A stretch of DNA of 9,672 nucleotides from a virus. Lineage: Duplodnaviria > Heunggongvirae > Uroviricota > Caudoviricetes. Position numbers and translations under genes: made by a program. The notes beneath the pieces are model-generated. The model was not told the DNA's origin and ran no database searches. It saw nothing but the letters and a program-made list of their open reading frames with translations. The DNA is taken from IMG/VR virus record IMGVR_UViG_2802429253_000010; one strand, given 5' to 3'. This document shows, piece by piece, positions 1 to 5,782 of the stretch (its first letter is position 1; every line of letters starts with the position of its first letter).

Positions 1-275
1 TTTCTGCATCCCGTATTGGGCACTATGATGCCGGAAATCTGCCAGGTTCCACACCTTCCCGATATTCTCCCCATCCATCACCGCGCTCCGGATTTGATGA
101 TTGGGGATGCGTTCATTACATTTACTGGGGAATCCCCCCCTTTACCTGCTCCCATTAAACTAACATAGCACGATGTAAGCAACTTCCGCTTCTGGCACAA
201 AGCGGACAACCACGCTAGCTCTACCCTGTGCCACAAAATGTCAATTTACATCTGAACTAATGCACTTTAATCTCG

Positions 276-698
276 TCACTTCAAAAAATACCGAACATCC
301 CCCTGATAAAACGACAATATCCGCTGCATAACTTCGCTTTTACGACACTCAGTACAAATTATATTATGACGCCTGTCGTAACGACGTATTTCTCCATCAG
401 GTAATGACCAGATAAGGTCCGGATCAACCGCAGATGGTTTCTTCAGCTTTGCCCTTGAGAGCTTTTTACGGGCATTTTGCCAGTCCTTACGCGCCTGTTC
501 AGACGGGAATAACCCGTAACCAGAGTTGTATACATCGCCACTGGCAACCAGCTCTCTGGCCAGAACGCTCATCAGATATCTTGTTGCCCCAGTTTTAGCT
601 TCCAGTTGTCGTAACGTCTCGCGCCCACTCTGGCGTACGAGTTCAAGAACCTGCCCTTTAATTTTTTCCCGCTCTTCTTGTGTAAAAACTTTTGCCAC
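276..698 (-). CDS. Hypothetical protein, 140 aa, basic; last gene of the minus-strand replication operon in this window
   Basis: Six-frame ORF 276..698. Start codon is GTG (complement of 696-698), preceded by a strong SD (AGGAGG on minus strand, 4-nt spacer). Sits 40 bp downstream of the replication-initiator stop. Function not recognised. Confidence 0.55.
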   Translation of the reverse strand: MAKVFTQEEREKIKGQVLELVRQSGRETLRQLEAKTGATRYLMSVLARELVASGDVYNSGYGLFPSEQARKDWQNARKKLSRAKLKKPSAVDPDLIWSLPDGEIRRYDRRHNIICTECRKSEVMQRILSFYQGDVRYFLK

Positions 699-738
699 AA
701 GCCCTCCTGAAAATTACCTCATGACCAGAAATACACAC

Positions 739-1833
739 TTACCCCCTGAAGCCCAGTGGAATTTCGGTATCCGGTTCAGAAATATGATTCACACAACGCT
801 GGTTGTTCGTACCGCTTACCGGGAGCAACCAGGGGTTTTCAAAATTCCGGTCCGGTCCAAAAAACGTCGTCGCTCGCTGAACAAATTCCGTTCCCGTTTT
901 CCCGGTAGCCGCCAGGTATCTTGCGTAACGCCTCACACCATCCAGCATGGCCTCTGGTGGCACCCCCTCGCGTAATCTGGCCTTCCAGGCACTGAAAGCG
1001 GATTTCTTCGGGTTTGCCCCAGCACGCAACGGGTATTCCCGCCAGACCTGTTCGAACACATCCGGATAATCTACTCGTCCCACAGGCTGCCCGGTGTTTT
1101 CCGGGACTACCCGATCGGCTTCCCGCTGAATGGCGGAATCGGCTTCAGGCTGCTGCAGTTGGTGTGATTGCTCCGGCCTTGCGGTCATCACCTGCTGCAC
1201 AGCGCCCGAATCGGCTTTCAGCGCATACGCTGAATCGGCTTCCGGTGTCGTGCCTGCTGGCTGACCAAGATTGACGGTCTGAACATCCCCTGCCTGGTTC
1301 GTGGCGTTTTTTACGCCATGGACCATAGTGTTTTGATCTTCTTGATCTGTATCTTTATCTGTATCTTTATCTGTATCTTTATCTGTATCTTTATCTGTCG
1401 TGACTCGTCGTGACATGTGCGTGACATTTCGTGACGCGCCGTGACAATCGCCATTTTGTTCCCGCTTTCTTTCCCTCTCTCGCTGCGCCCTCTTGCGCTC
1501 TGCAGGAGATTTTGCGGTTTGCGAAATATTGCCGTTGTCCTCTTTAAGCACCTGGCGTTTTTCCCATCCAGTGATTAAATCACCATCAAGTACCCGCCCC
1601 TGCATCGTCTGCAAAATTGAATCAATTACCTCTTCTGTCACGTCGAGCGCACTTGCCAAATCTTCTGTCGTGACATCAATGTGACCTCGCGTGACATTTC
1701 GTGACGCGCTCACCAGGAGGTGGATATACACTGCCATCACTGTTGCAATTGGCTGCCCTGACACCCTGGCAATTGTTCGCCACTTAGGGTCATTTGGCAT
1801 GTCATGCCATAATCTGAGCCAAGCGTTAGCCAT
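739..1833 (-). CDS. Putative phage replication initiator (O-like/replisome organiser) with internal origin-like iterons; 364 aa from ATG at 1833
   Basis: ORF 739..1839 in track begins with GTG; an in-frame ATG two codons in (complement of 1831-1833) has an SD (GAGGTG, about 5-nt spacer), so 1833 is the preferred start. Contains iteron-like direct repeats and a (DKDT)n peptide repeat within the coding sequence, as in lambda O/ori. Arg/Glu-rich linker (RERERKRE). Position immediately downstream of cro-like and CII-like genes. Family assignment is inference. Confidence 0.6.
   Translation of the reverse strand: MANAWLRLWHDMPNDPKWRTIARVSGQPIATVMAVYIHLLVSASRNVTRGHIDVTTEDLASALDVTEEVIDSILQTMQGRVLDGDLITGWEKRQVLKEDNGNISQTAKSPAERKRAQRERERKREQNGDCHGASRNVTHMSRRVTTDKDTDKDTDKDTDKDTDQEDQNTMVHGVKNATNQAGDVQTVNLGQPAGTTPEADSAYALKADSGAVQQVMTARPEQSHQLQQPEADSAIQREADRVVPENTGQPVGRVDYPDVFEQVWREYPLRAGANPKKSAFSAWKARLREGVPPEAMLDGVRRYARYLAATGKTGTEFVQRATTFFGPDRNFENPWLLPVSGTNNQRCVNHISEPDTEIPLGFRG
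1345..1398. repeat. Perfect tandem repeat, 4.5 copies of 12-bp unit ATCTGTATCTTT (nine alternating hexamers ATCTGT/ATCTTT); encodes TDKDTDKD... in the replication protein
   Basis: Read directly from sequence 1345-1398; an additional ATCTT at 1336-1340. Confidence 0.9.
1399..1445. repeat. Iteron-like cluster I: five CGTGAC direct repeats phased at 10-11 bp (starts 1399, 1409, 1420, 1430, 1440); putative replication origin core
   Basis: Direct observation; helical-turn phasing typical of initiator-binding iterons; located inside the initiator gene next to a polypyrimidine tract (about 1459-1502). Confidence 0.6.
1669..1705. repeat. Iteron-like cluster II: CGTGAC-type direct repeats at 1669, 1680 (TGTGAC), 1690, 1700; includes an exact 20-bp copy (cgtgacatttcgtgacgcgc, 1690-1709) of 1420-1439
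   Basis: Direct observation; also an inverted GTCACG at 1637-1642 and a 9-bp direct repeat tcttctgtc (1631-1639 and 1661-1669). Both clusters encode the repeated peptide SRNVT in the initiator. Confidence 0.55.
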
Positions 1834-1904
1834 ACTCACCTCTTCTGATACCGAATCTTTTTACTCACGAGTTGCCGGAAGCGATTCGATATGGCTATTG
1901 TCAG

Positions 1905-2330
1905 TCAATGTACTGCCACAGCATTTCCTGCCGGGCCACCACGGTTCATCTGATTGAAACCGGCGATTGCCACTGCGACAAAATCATCAGCGTCTCTCAC
2001 CAATCGCTCCCGCGTCTCCACCAGCTCCCGAAAATAAGCTGAACTGTGGCTGCGCATTCTGGCCACCAGCAAAGGTGGCATTGCCTTTTCGATCGCTGGT
2101 AACAACGCCTGAATTTTTTCAACTGCATCAGGGGTGTCTTTCTCTACCCAGCGGAAAATTTTCTGGGTATTGCGAGCCAAGGCTTCCGGATGGCTGTCGT
2201 CATACAGTTCAGGAAACGTCATACCCAACTCAAAATAAGCCTGGGTTATTCCAGCTGCTGGAACTTTTTCGCCATCAGGACGCGCCCAGGCATTCATCGC
2301 CATGCGGATGTGTTCATGCTTGATTTTCAT
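1905..2330 (-). CDS. Phage CII-like regulatory protein (YdaT-family-like), 141 aa
   Basis: ORF track gives 1905..2402; the internal ATG (complement of 2328-2330, MKIKHEH...) has a strong SD (AAGGGGGG, 4-nt spacer) and avoids a long overlap with the upstream cro-like gene, so it is preferred. Size, N-terminus and position after the cro-like gene match my recollection of Rac YdaT; not verified. Confidence 0.6.
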   Translation of the reverse strand: MKIKHEHIRMAMNAWARPDGEKVPAAGITQAYFELGMTFPELYDDSHPEALARNTQKIFRWVEKDTPDAVEKIQALLPAIEKAMPPLLVARMRSHSSAYFRELVETRERLVRDADDFVAVAIAGFNQMNRGGPAGNAVAVH

Positions 2331-2556
2331 GAATCCCCCCTTGGTTAGAAGGCGGATTATGATCAGAACCGGGAATGACAACCGTCGGTATGTGTAACTC
2401 ATATTTGAGCGCCCCGGCAGTGACTGCCTGAATTAGCAACGCCCATTTCCACGGAACCTCTTCCCCCCACATGCTGACTGTGGTTTTTGACGTTCCTAGA
2501 GCTGCGGCTGTTTTAACAACTCCGCCAAAATAGCCTAATACTTCTGATTTTTTCAT
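2314..2556 (-). CDS. Cro-like HTH regulator (DicC/YdaS-family-like), 80 aa
   Basis: ORF track 2314..2604 starts at TTG; the in-frame ATG (complement of 2554-2556, MKKSEV...) has an SD (TGGAG, 6-nt spacer). HTH-like segment VKTAAALGTSKTTVSMWG. Divergent from the repressor gene across a 91-bp operator region. Confidence 0.6.
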   Translation of the reverse strand: MKKSEVLGYFGGVVKTAAALGTSKTTVSMWGEEVPWKWALLIQAVTAGALKYELHIPTVVIPGSDHNPPSNQGGIHENQA

Positions 2557-2584
2557 GAGTCGCTCCATAAAACTGAACGCCAAA

Positions 2585-2648
2585 AGTTTAATAATCAAAA
2601 CCAAAGAAAGTCAAGAAACAAAACCATCTGTGTTTTAAAATCAAAACA
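2585..2648. promoter_or_regulatory. OR-type immunity switch: operator TGTTTT-N6-AAAACA (2631-2648) plus weaker copies (about 2586-2601, 2610-2625); candidate pR for cro-like gene (-35 TTGACT = complement of 2609-2614, -10 TAAACT = complement of 2585-2590); candidate pRM -10 TAAAAT (2636-2641) directly abutting the cI ATG
   Basis: Palindrome and hexamers read directly; the same 18-bp operator architecture recurs at 3353-3370. No SD upstream of the cI ATG at 2648, suggesting a leaderless cI mRNA as in lambda pRM. Promoter assignments are inference. Confidence 0.5.
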
Positions 2649-3286
2649 TGAGCAAGCAAACAATATCTGAACGCATAACCCAACGTATGCATGCGCTAAA
2701 CCTGAAAGGCAAAGACCTTGTCAATGCCACTGGCGCATCAAAAGGCTCCGTAAGTCAATGGATGAACGGTGGAGGAGCGCCGTCCTCGCGTTACATAAGT
2801 TCACTGGCAAAGATATTGAAAGTAAACGAAAATTGGCTTCTTAATGGAGGAGAGTTAAATACAGGTGATTCGCTTGATCTATCTTTACCGCCGATAAAAA
2901 CGGTTCCGCTACTATCACTTCAGCAGGCAGCAAGCTGGAGTGATTATATGAAAAATTCCTCAATAACCTCTTGTGTGCAGCTTGTCGGAGAAATCCCGGC
3001 CAATACCTTTGCAGTTGTTCTAGAGAGTGACAGTATGTCAACATCTGGTGGGGGAGTTTCCATCCCAAATGGTTCAACAGTTTTTGTTGATCCCGATCGA
3101 ACCGTACAACCAGGAAATATTGTCCTTGCCTTACCCAAAGGGACCACAACACCTGTCATTCGTAAACTGGAGATAGAAGGGCCGGATATTCTTTTAGTCC
3201 CCACGAATCCTCGCTACCCTTCAATTATGCTGGATGATCTATCTTGCATATTGGGCGTATGCTTTAAAATTCAACAAGATATTTAA
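2648..3286 (+). CDS. cI-like prophage repressor: N-terminal HTH (XRE-type) plus C-terminal LexA/S24 peptidase-like domain, 212 aa
   Basis: HTH segment (about aa 10-60); S24 hallmarks seen: Ser in ESDSM (aa 126-130) and Lys in VIRKL (aa 173); divergent to the cro-like gene; operators on both flanks. Confidence 0.85.
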   Translation: MSKQTISERITQRMHALNLKGKDLVNATGASKGSVSQWMNGGGAPSSRYISSLAKILKVNENWLLNGGELNTGDSLDLSLPPIKTVPLLSLQQAASWSDYMKNSSITSCVQLVGEIPANTFAVVLESDSMSTSGGGVSIPNGSTVFVDPDRTVQPGNIVLALPKGTTTPVIRKLEIEGPDILLVPTNPRYPSIMLDDLSCILGVCFKIQQDI

Positions 3287-3352
3287 CCAACCTCATCTAT
3301 TTGATTAACTGTATGCCATCGTGATGATGGCTTAACAGCTGCCTGCTTAAAA

Positions 3353-3399
3353 TGTTTTGATAAAAAAACATTGACCTGAAAAGTTCATTTTTCTAAACT
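3353..3399 (+). promoter_or_regulatory. OL-type operator (TGTTTT-N6-AAAACA, 3353-3370) immediately upstream of a strong sigma70-like early-left promoter (-35 TTGACC 3371-3376, 17-bp spacer, -10 TAAACT 3394-3399)
   Basis: Read directly; operator half-sites identical to the OR site at 2631-2648; the -10 hexamer is the same as the candidate pR -10. Equivalent position to lambda pL / Qin dicBp. Confidence 0.6.
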
Positions 3400-3578
3400 T
3401 CATTCATTCCCTCACCCCACCCCACAGAATGCAGGGTAATACTTCGAGTTACTAGGCAGTGGTCAGGGGTTAAGTAGCCAGCCCGAGGCGTAAGAACATG
3501 ACGGCAGGGTTCAACTTTAATAACTATGCAGCAGGTTTTTGTTCCGCTACCCCGGCGTTAAGGGGAAATGAGGTCAAC

Positions 3579-3734
3579 ATGGATACTATCGATCTTGGCA
3601 ACAACGAATCTCTGGTGTACGGCGTGTTTCCCAACCAGGACGGCACATTCACCGCGATGACGTATACCAAAAGCAAAACGTTTAAAACCGAAAATGGTGC
3701 CCGTCGCTGGCTGGAAAGAAACTCAGGTGAGTGA
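3579..3734 (+). CDS. ydfA: Small early protein, 51 aa (ydfA-like by size and position); alternative start at 3498 gives 78 aa
   Basis: ORF 3498..3734 in track; the internal ATG at 3579 has the better SD (AGG/GGGGAA upstream, 5-nt spacer) and gives the 51-aa size I recall for Qin YdfA. Symbol rests on size and synteny recollection only. Confidence 0.45.
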   Translation: MDTIDLGNNESLVYGVFPNQDGTFTAMTYTKSKTFKTENGARRWLERNSGE

Positions 3735-3735
3735 T

Positions 3736-3864
3736 ATGGATTTCGACACAATCATGGAAAAGGCTTACGAAGAATACTTCGAAGGCCTTGCCGAAGGCGA
3801 AGAAGCTCTCAGCTTCAGTGAGTTTAAACAGGCGCTTTCCAGCTCGGCAAAATCTAACGGCTGA
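3736..3864 (+). CDS. ydfB: Small acidic protein, 42 aa (ydfB-like by size and position)
   Basis: Not in the ORF track (below its length cutoff). ATG 3736 preceded by SD AGGTGA (3725-3730); translation MDFDTIMEKAYEEYFEGLAEGEEALSFSEFKQALSSSAKSNG; stop TGA 3862-3864. Preferred over the overlapping Arg-rich track ORF 3731..3940. Confidence 0.5.
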   Translation: MDFDTIMEKAYEEYFEGLAEGEEALSFSEFKQALSSSAKSNG

Positions 3865-3893
3865 TAAGCGAAGCAGCACCGCGAGGAATCAGT

Positions 3894-4112
3894 ATGCAGA
3901 AACGAGAACCCGTCATCATCGCGCCAGACTATACCGATGATGAACTTTATGAGTGGATGCGCCAGAAAATTAATGCAGCGCAGGATCTGAAATGGGCCAA
4001 TGAAGCCAGGGCTAAGCAGGCTGAAAATCTGTCCGCTCTGGAGCAGGATATCACCAATCTGGAAAAAGCAGCGGCATTAAGCATTGCCAGAATGATTACA
4101 TACCCACGTTAA
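3894..4112 (+). CDS. ydfC: Small early protein, 72 aa (ydfC-like by size and position)
   Basis: ORF 3894..4112; SD GAGGAA (3883-3888) with 5-nt spacer; size and order match my recollection of Qin ydfC. Confidence 0.55.
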   Translation: MQKREPVIIAPDYTDDELYEWMRQKINAAQDLKWANEARAKQAENLSALEQDITNLEKAAALSIARMITYPR

Positions 4113-4134
4113 TAGCTAACCAACAAGGCTAATA

Positions 4135-4542
4135 ATGGAATTTAAAGATTTACCAAAAGAAATCCAGACAATTGCTGCAACGACTCTCGGTGATAGTCTG
4201 GTGAAAATTGACCCGGCATACACCAAAAAAGAAACCATCGATAATATGGTTCGTAATGTGCGCAATGCTTTTTCTGGGCTATATGGTTCTGATAATCAAA
4301 AGCAGGAAAGCGACGTTAATGAACGGGTAATTTCTGTTTGCGTGAATGGCCATGTTCTTTCATCAATCAAAACAGAAACAGCAACACTCTTCGATTGCCT
4401 TTGCATTGTACAGAGTCTTGTTGATGCCCTGTTTCGTTCAGTGAATTTAGAAAATGATGCAAATCTGCGAGGGCGCACAATAGCACATCCATATGCACAT
4501 ACTTTAGGCTCGGTGGATATCAAAGATCCCACAAATCTTTAA
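4135..4542 (+). CDS. Hypothetical protein, 135 aa, in an AT-rich block; unknown function (candidate accessory/moron gene)
   Basis: ORF 4135..4542; SD-like AAGG (4124-4127); protein-like composition; lies in an AT-rich segment that I do not recall in the canonical dicB operon. Confidence 0.5.
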   Translation: MEFKDLPKEIQTIAATTLGDSLVKIDPAYTKKETIDNMVRNVRNAFSGLYGSDNQKQESDVNERVISVCVNGHVLSSIKTETATLFDCLCIVQSLVDALFRSVNLENDANLRGRTIAHPYAHTLGSVDIKDPTNL

Positions 4543-4753
4543 TGAAATAGTTAACGCGAATTGTACTTGCTCTTTCAGTTGCTTTCAGAATACGCGTTGA
4601 AACTGCTGGCGGTAATTTGGTATTCCATTTATTAAAATCATGCCCGGGAAAGTACTCTTCGAAAATACTTTTAACTGCAGACTCGCCTATTGAAATGCTG
4701 CTTACCATGCGATTTTGATAAAGGCATTTAGCAATAAGAGTTGATTTTAACAT
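4520..4753 (-). CDS. Hypothetical protein, 77 aa, convergent with and overlapping by 23 bp the 3' end of the 135-aa gene; unknown function
   Basis: ORF 4520..4753 on minus strand; strong SD (AGGAGG, about 4-nt spacer) before the ATG. Caveat: the SD lies in a palindrome (ccctcctgaggg), so it may be coincidental. Confidence 0.4.
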   Translation of the reverse strand: MLKSTLIAKCLYQNRMVSSISIGESAVKSIFEEYFPGHDFNKWNTKLPPAVSTRILKATERASTIRVNYFIKDLWDL

Positions 4754-4789
4754 TCACCCTCCTGAGGGTTGGTAATTAAGGAGTTCTCC

Positions 4790-5086
4790 ACGGGTGAGGT
4801 GGAGTGCGTGCGCCGGACACGGGTGAACATCCGGCACTGACAGTTTACTGAAAGGATATTTCCCTGAAAAGTCAGACCATAACGCGAAAGCGCACGGCGA
4901 GGTAGTTGGTTCATAGATAGCCTGTCGTTAAATTTTCGTCGACCGTGCGCTTCCGGTTGTGGCACTCCGCGAAATGGCGCGGCGGTAAGTATGGCGGGGT
5001 TATTCCTTCCCCGTTGAGGACACCGGGTTGTCAGGTTGACCATACGCTTAAGTGACAACCCCGCTGCAACGCCCTCTGTTATCAAT
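4790..5086 (+). other. GC-rich, highly structured non-coding segment immediately upstream of DicF (probable dicF precursor/processing region of the operon transcript)
   Basis: All plus-strand frames have frequent stops; multiple perfect stems seen: 10-bp stem 4888-4897/4943-4952, 9-bp stem 5025-5033/5053-5061, plus shorter hairpins (4967-4982, 4996-5012) and the direct repeat cacgggtga (4790-4798 and 4818-4826). Confidence 0.4.
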
Positions 5087-5139
5087 TTTCTGGTGACGTT
5101 TGGCGGTATCAGTTTTACTCCGTGACTGCTCTGCCGCCC
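5087..5139 (+). ncRNA. dicF: DicF small RNA (trans-acting sRNA that inhibits ftsZ translation); exact ends uncertain
   Basis: Sequence tttctggtgacgtttggcggtatcagttttactccgtgactgctctgccgccc followed by TTTTT (5140-5144) matches my recollection of E. coli DicF almost base for base. Context also fits: dicB and ydfD-like genes immediately downstream. Confidence 0.8.
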
Positions 5140-5144
5140 TTTTT
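5102..5144 (+). terminator. Hairpin plus U-run at the 3' end of DicF (intrinsic terminator-like)
   Basis: Stem GGCGG (5102-5106) / CCGCC (5134-5138) with inner CAG/CTG pairing, followed by CTTTTT (5139-5144). Large loop, so probably only a partial terminator, allowing read-through to dicB. Confidence 0.45.
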
Positions 5145-5313
5145 AAAGTGAATTTTGTGATGTGGTGAATGCGGCTGAGCGCACGCGGAACAGTTAAAAC
5201 CAAAAACAGTGTTATGGGTGGATTCTCTGTATCCGGCGTTAATTGTTAACTGGTTAACGTCACCTGGAGGCACCAGGCACTGCATCACAAAATTCATTGT
5301 TGAGGACGCGATA

Positions 5314-5502
5314 ATGGAAACGTTATTACCAAACGTTAATACGTCTGAAGGTTGTTTTGAAATTGGTGTCACTATCAGTAACCCTGTATTTACTGAAGAT
5401 GCCATTAACAAAAGAAAACACGAACGGGAGTTATTAAATAAAATATGCATTCTTTCAATGCTGGCTCGTTTACGTCCGATACAAAAAGGATGCTGGCAAT
5501 GA
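5314..5502 (+). CDS. dicB: DicB, cell-division inhibitor (62 aa)
   Basis: ATG 5314 with SD GAGGA (5302-5306, 7-nt spacer); protein METLLPNVNTSEGCFEIGVTISNPVFTEDAINKRK... matches my recollection of E. coli DicB in sequence, length and position after dicF. Contained in track ORF 5209..5502. Confidence 0.8.
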   Translation: METLLPNVNTSEGCFEIGVTISNPVFTEDAINKRKHERELLNKICILSMLARLRPIQKGCWQ

Positions 5503-5690
5503 ATACAGCATTTGCACTTGTTCTGACAGTTTTTCTTGTTTCCGGAGAGCCAGTTGATATTGCAGTCAGTGTTCACAGGACAATGCAGGAGTGTGTGACT
5601 GCAGCAACCGAACAGAAAATTCCCGGTAACTGTTACCCGGTCGATAAAGTTATTCACCAGGATAATAACGAAATCCCGGCAGGTCTTTAA
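5499..5690 (+). CDS. ydfD: YdfD-like small membrane/lysis protein (63 aa) with N-terminal hydrophobic segment; translationally coupled to dicB (ATGA overlap)
   Basis: ATG 5499 overlaps the dicB stop TGA (5500-5502); SD AAGGA 8 nt upstream; N-terminus MNTAFALVLTVFLVSGEPV is signal-peptide/TM-like; two Cys in the mature part. Contained in track ORF 5445..5690. Size and position match my recollection of Qin ydfD. Confidence 0.7.
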   Translation: MNTAFALVLTVFLVSGEPVDIAVSVHRTMQECVTAATEQKIPGNCYPVDKVIHQDNNEIPAGL

Positions 5691-5782
5691 AACAGTTCCG
5701 TAATAAACATCCGATTTCATTCTTATATGCCAGCAATGGCAGGGATTTGTTCACCCTTAAATCTGTAATGAGGTAAAACAAA

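Noticed and set aside
1-78. Possible 5'-truncated minus-strand ORF running off the left edge (ATG at complement of 76-78, MDGENIGKVWNLADF...)
   Set aside because: Only 26 codons are visible and no SD was evident; cannot be supported from this window alone, though a further phage gene here is plausible.
526-975. Plus-strand ORF of 149 aa
   Set aside because: Antisense to the 140-aa and replication-initiator genes, spans their intergenic gap, Arg/Ser-rich low-complexity translation and no SD; judged a shadow ORF.
1345-1398. Tandem repeat array considered as a possible CRISPR or VNTR locus
   Set aside because: Unit is only 6/12 bp with no spacers and lies in-frame inside a coding sequence; it is a peptide-repeat and iteron-associated array, not CRISPR.
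1014-1957. Plus-strand ORFs (86, 63 and 88 aa) inside the replication initiator region
   Set aside because: All antisense to a long ORF that carries the iterons and has a proper SD; compositions are Arg/Pro/Ser-rich, typical of antisense frames.
1905-2402. Longer 165-aa version of the CII/YdaT-like ORF starting at 2402
   Set aside because: No SD upstream of that ATG and it would overlap the cro-like gene by 89 bp; the internal ATG at 2330 has a strong SD.
2314-2604. Longer 96-aa version of the cro-like ORF
   Set aside because: Begins at a TTG codon inside the operator region and would leave no room for the divergent promoters; the ATG at 2556 with an SD is preferred.
2841-3204. Minus-strand ORFs (103 and 86 aa) inside the repressor gene
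   Set aside because: Antisense to a well-supported repressor gene with clear domain motifs.
3524-3879. Minus-strand ORFs (75 and 65 aa) in the early-left operon
   Set aside because: Antisense to the small early genes, with no ribosome-binding sites.
3731-3940. Plus-strand 69-aa ORF from the track
   Set aside because: Starts at GTG, highly Arg-rich and overlaps two better-supported small genes (3736-3864 and 3894-4112) that each have SD sequences and match expected sizes.
4296-4532. Minus-strand 78-aa ORF inside the 135-aa gene
   Set aside because: Fully embedded antisense ORF, no SD, low-complexity composition.
4809-4838. Palindrome gccgga...tccggc considered as a REP/BIME element
   Set aside because: Does not match the REP consensus as I recall it and is embedded in a larger structured region.
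4862-4875. boxB-like motif ccctgaaaag (nut-site candidate)
   Set aside because: Lacks the complementary 3' arm needed for the boxB hairpin and no adjacent boxA-like sequence or N-like gene was found.
4747-5085. Minus-strand 112-aa ORF across the GC-rich structured region
   Set aside because: Arg/Pro-rich translation typical of a GC-rich non-coding frame; the region is better explained as structured RNA upstream of DicF.
5115-5720. Minus-strand 201-aa ORF
   Set aside because: Antisense to DicF, dicB and ydfD-like genes; Cys/Asn-rich implausible protein; no SD.
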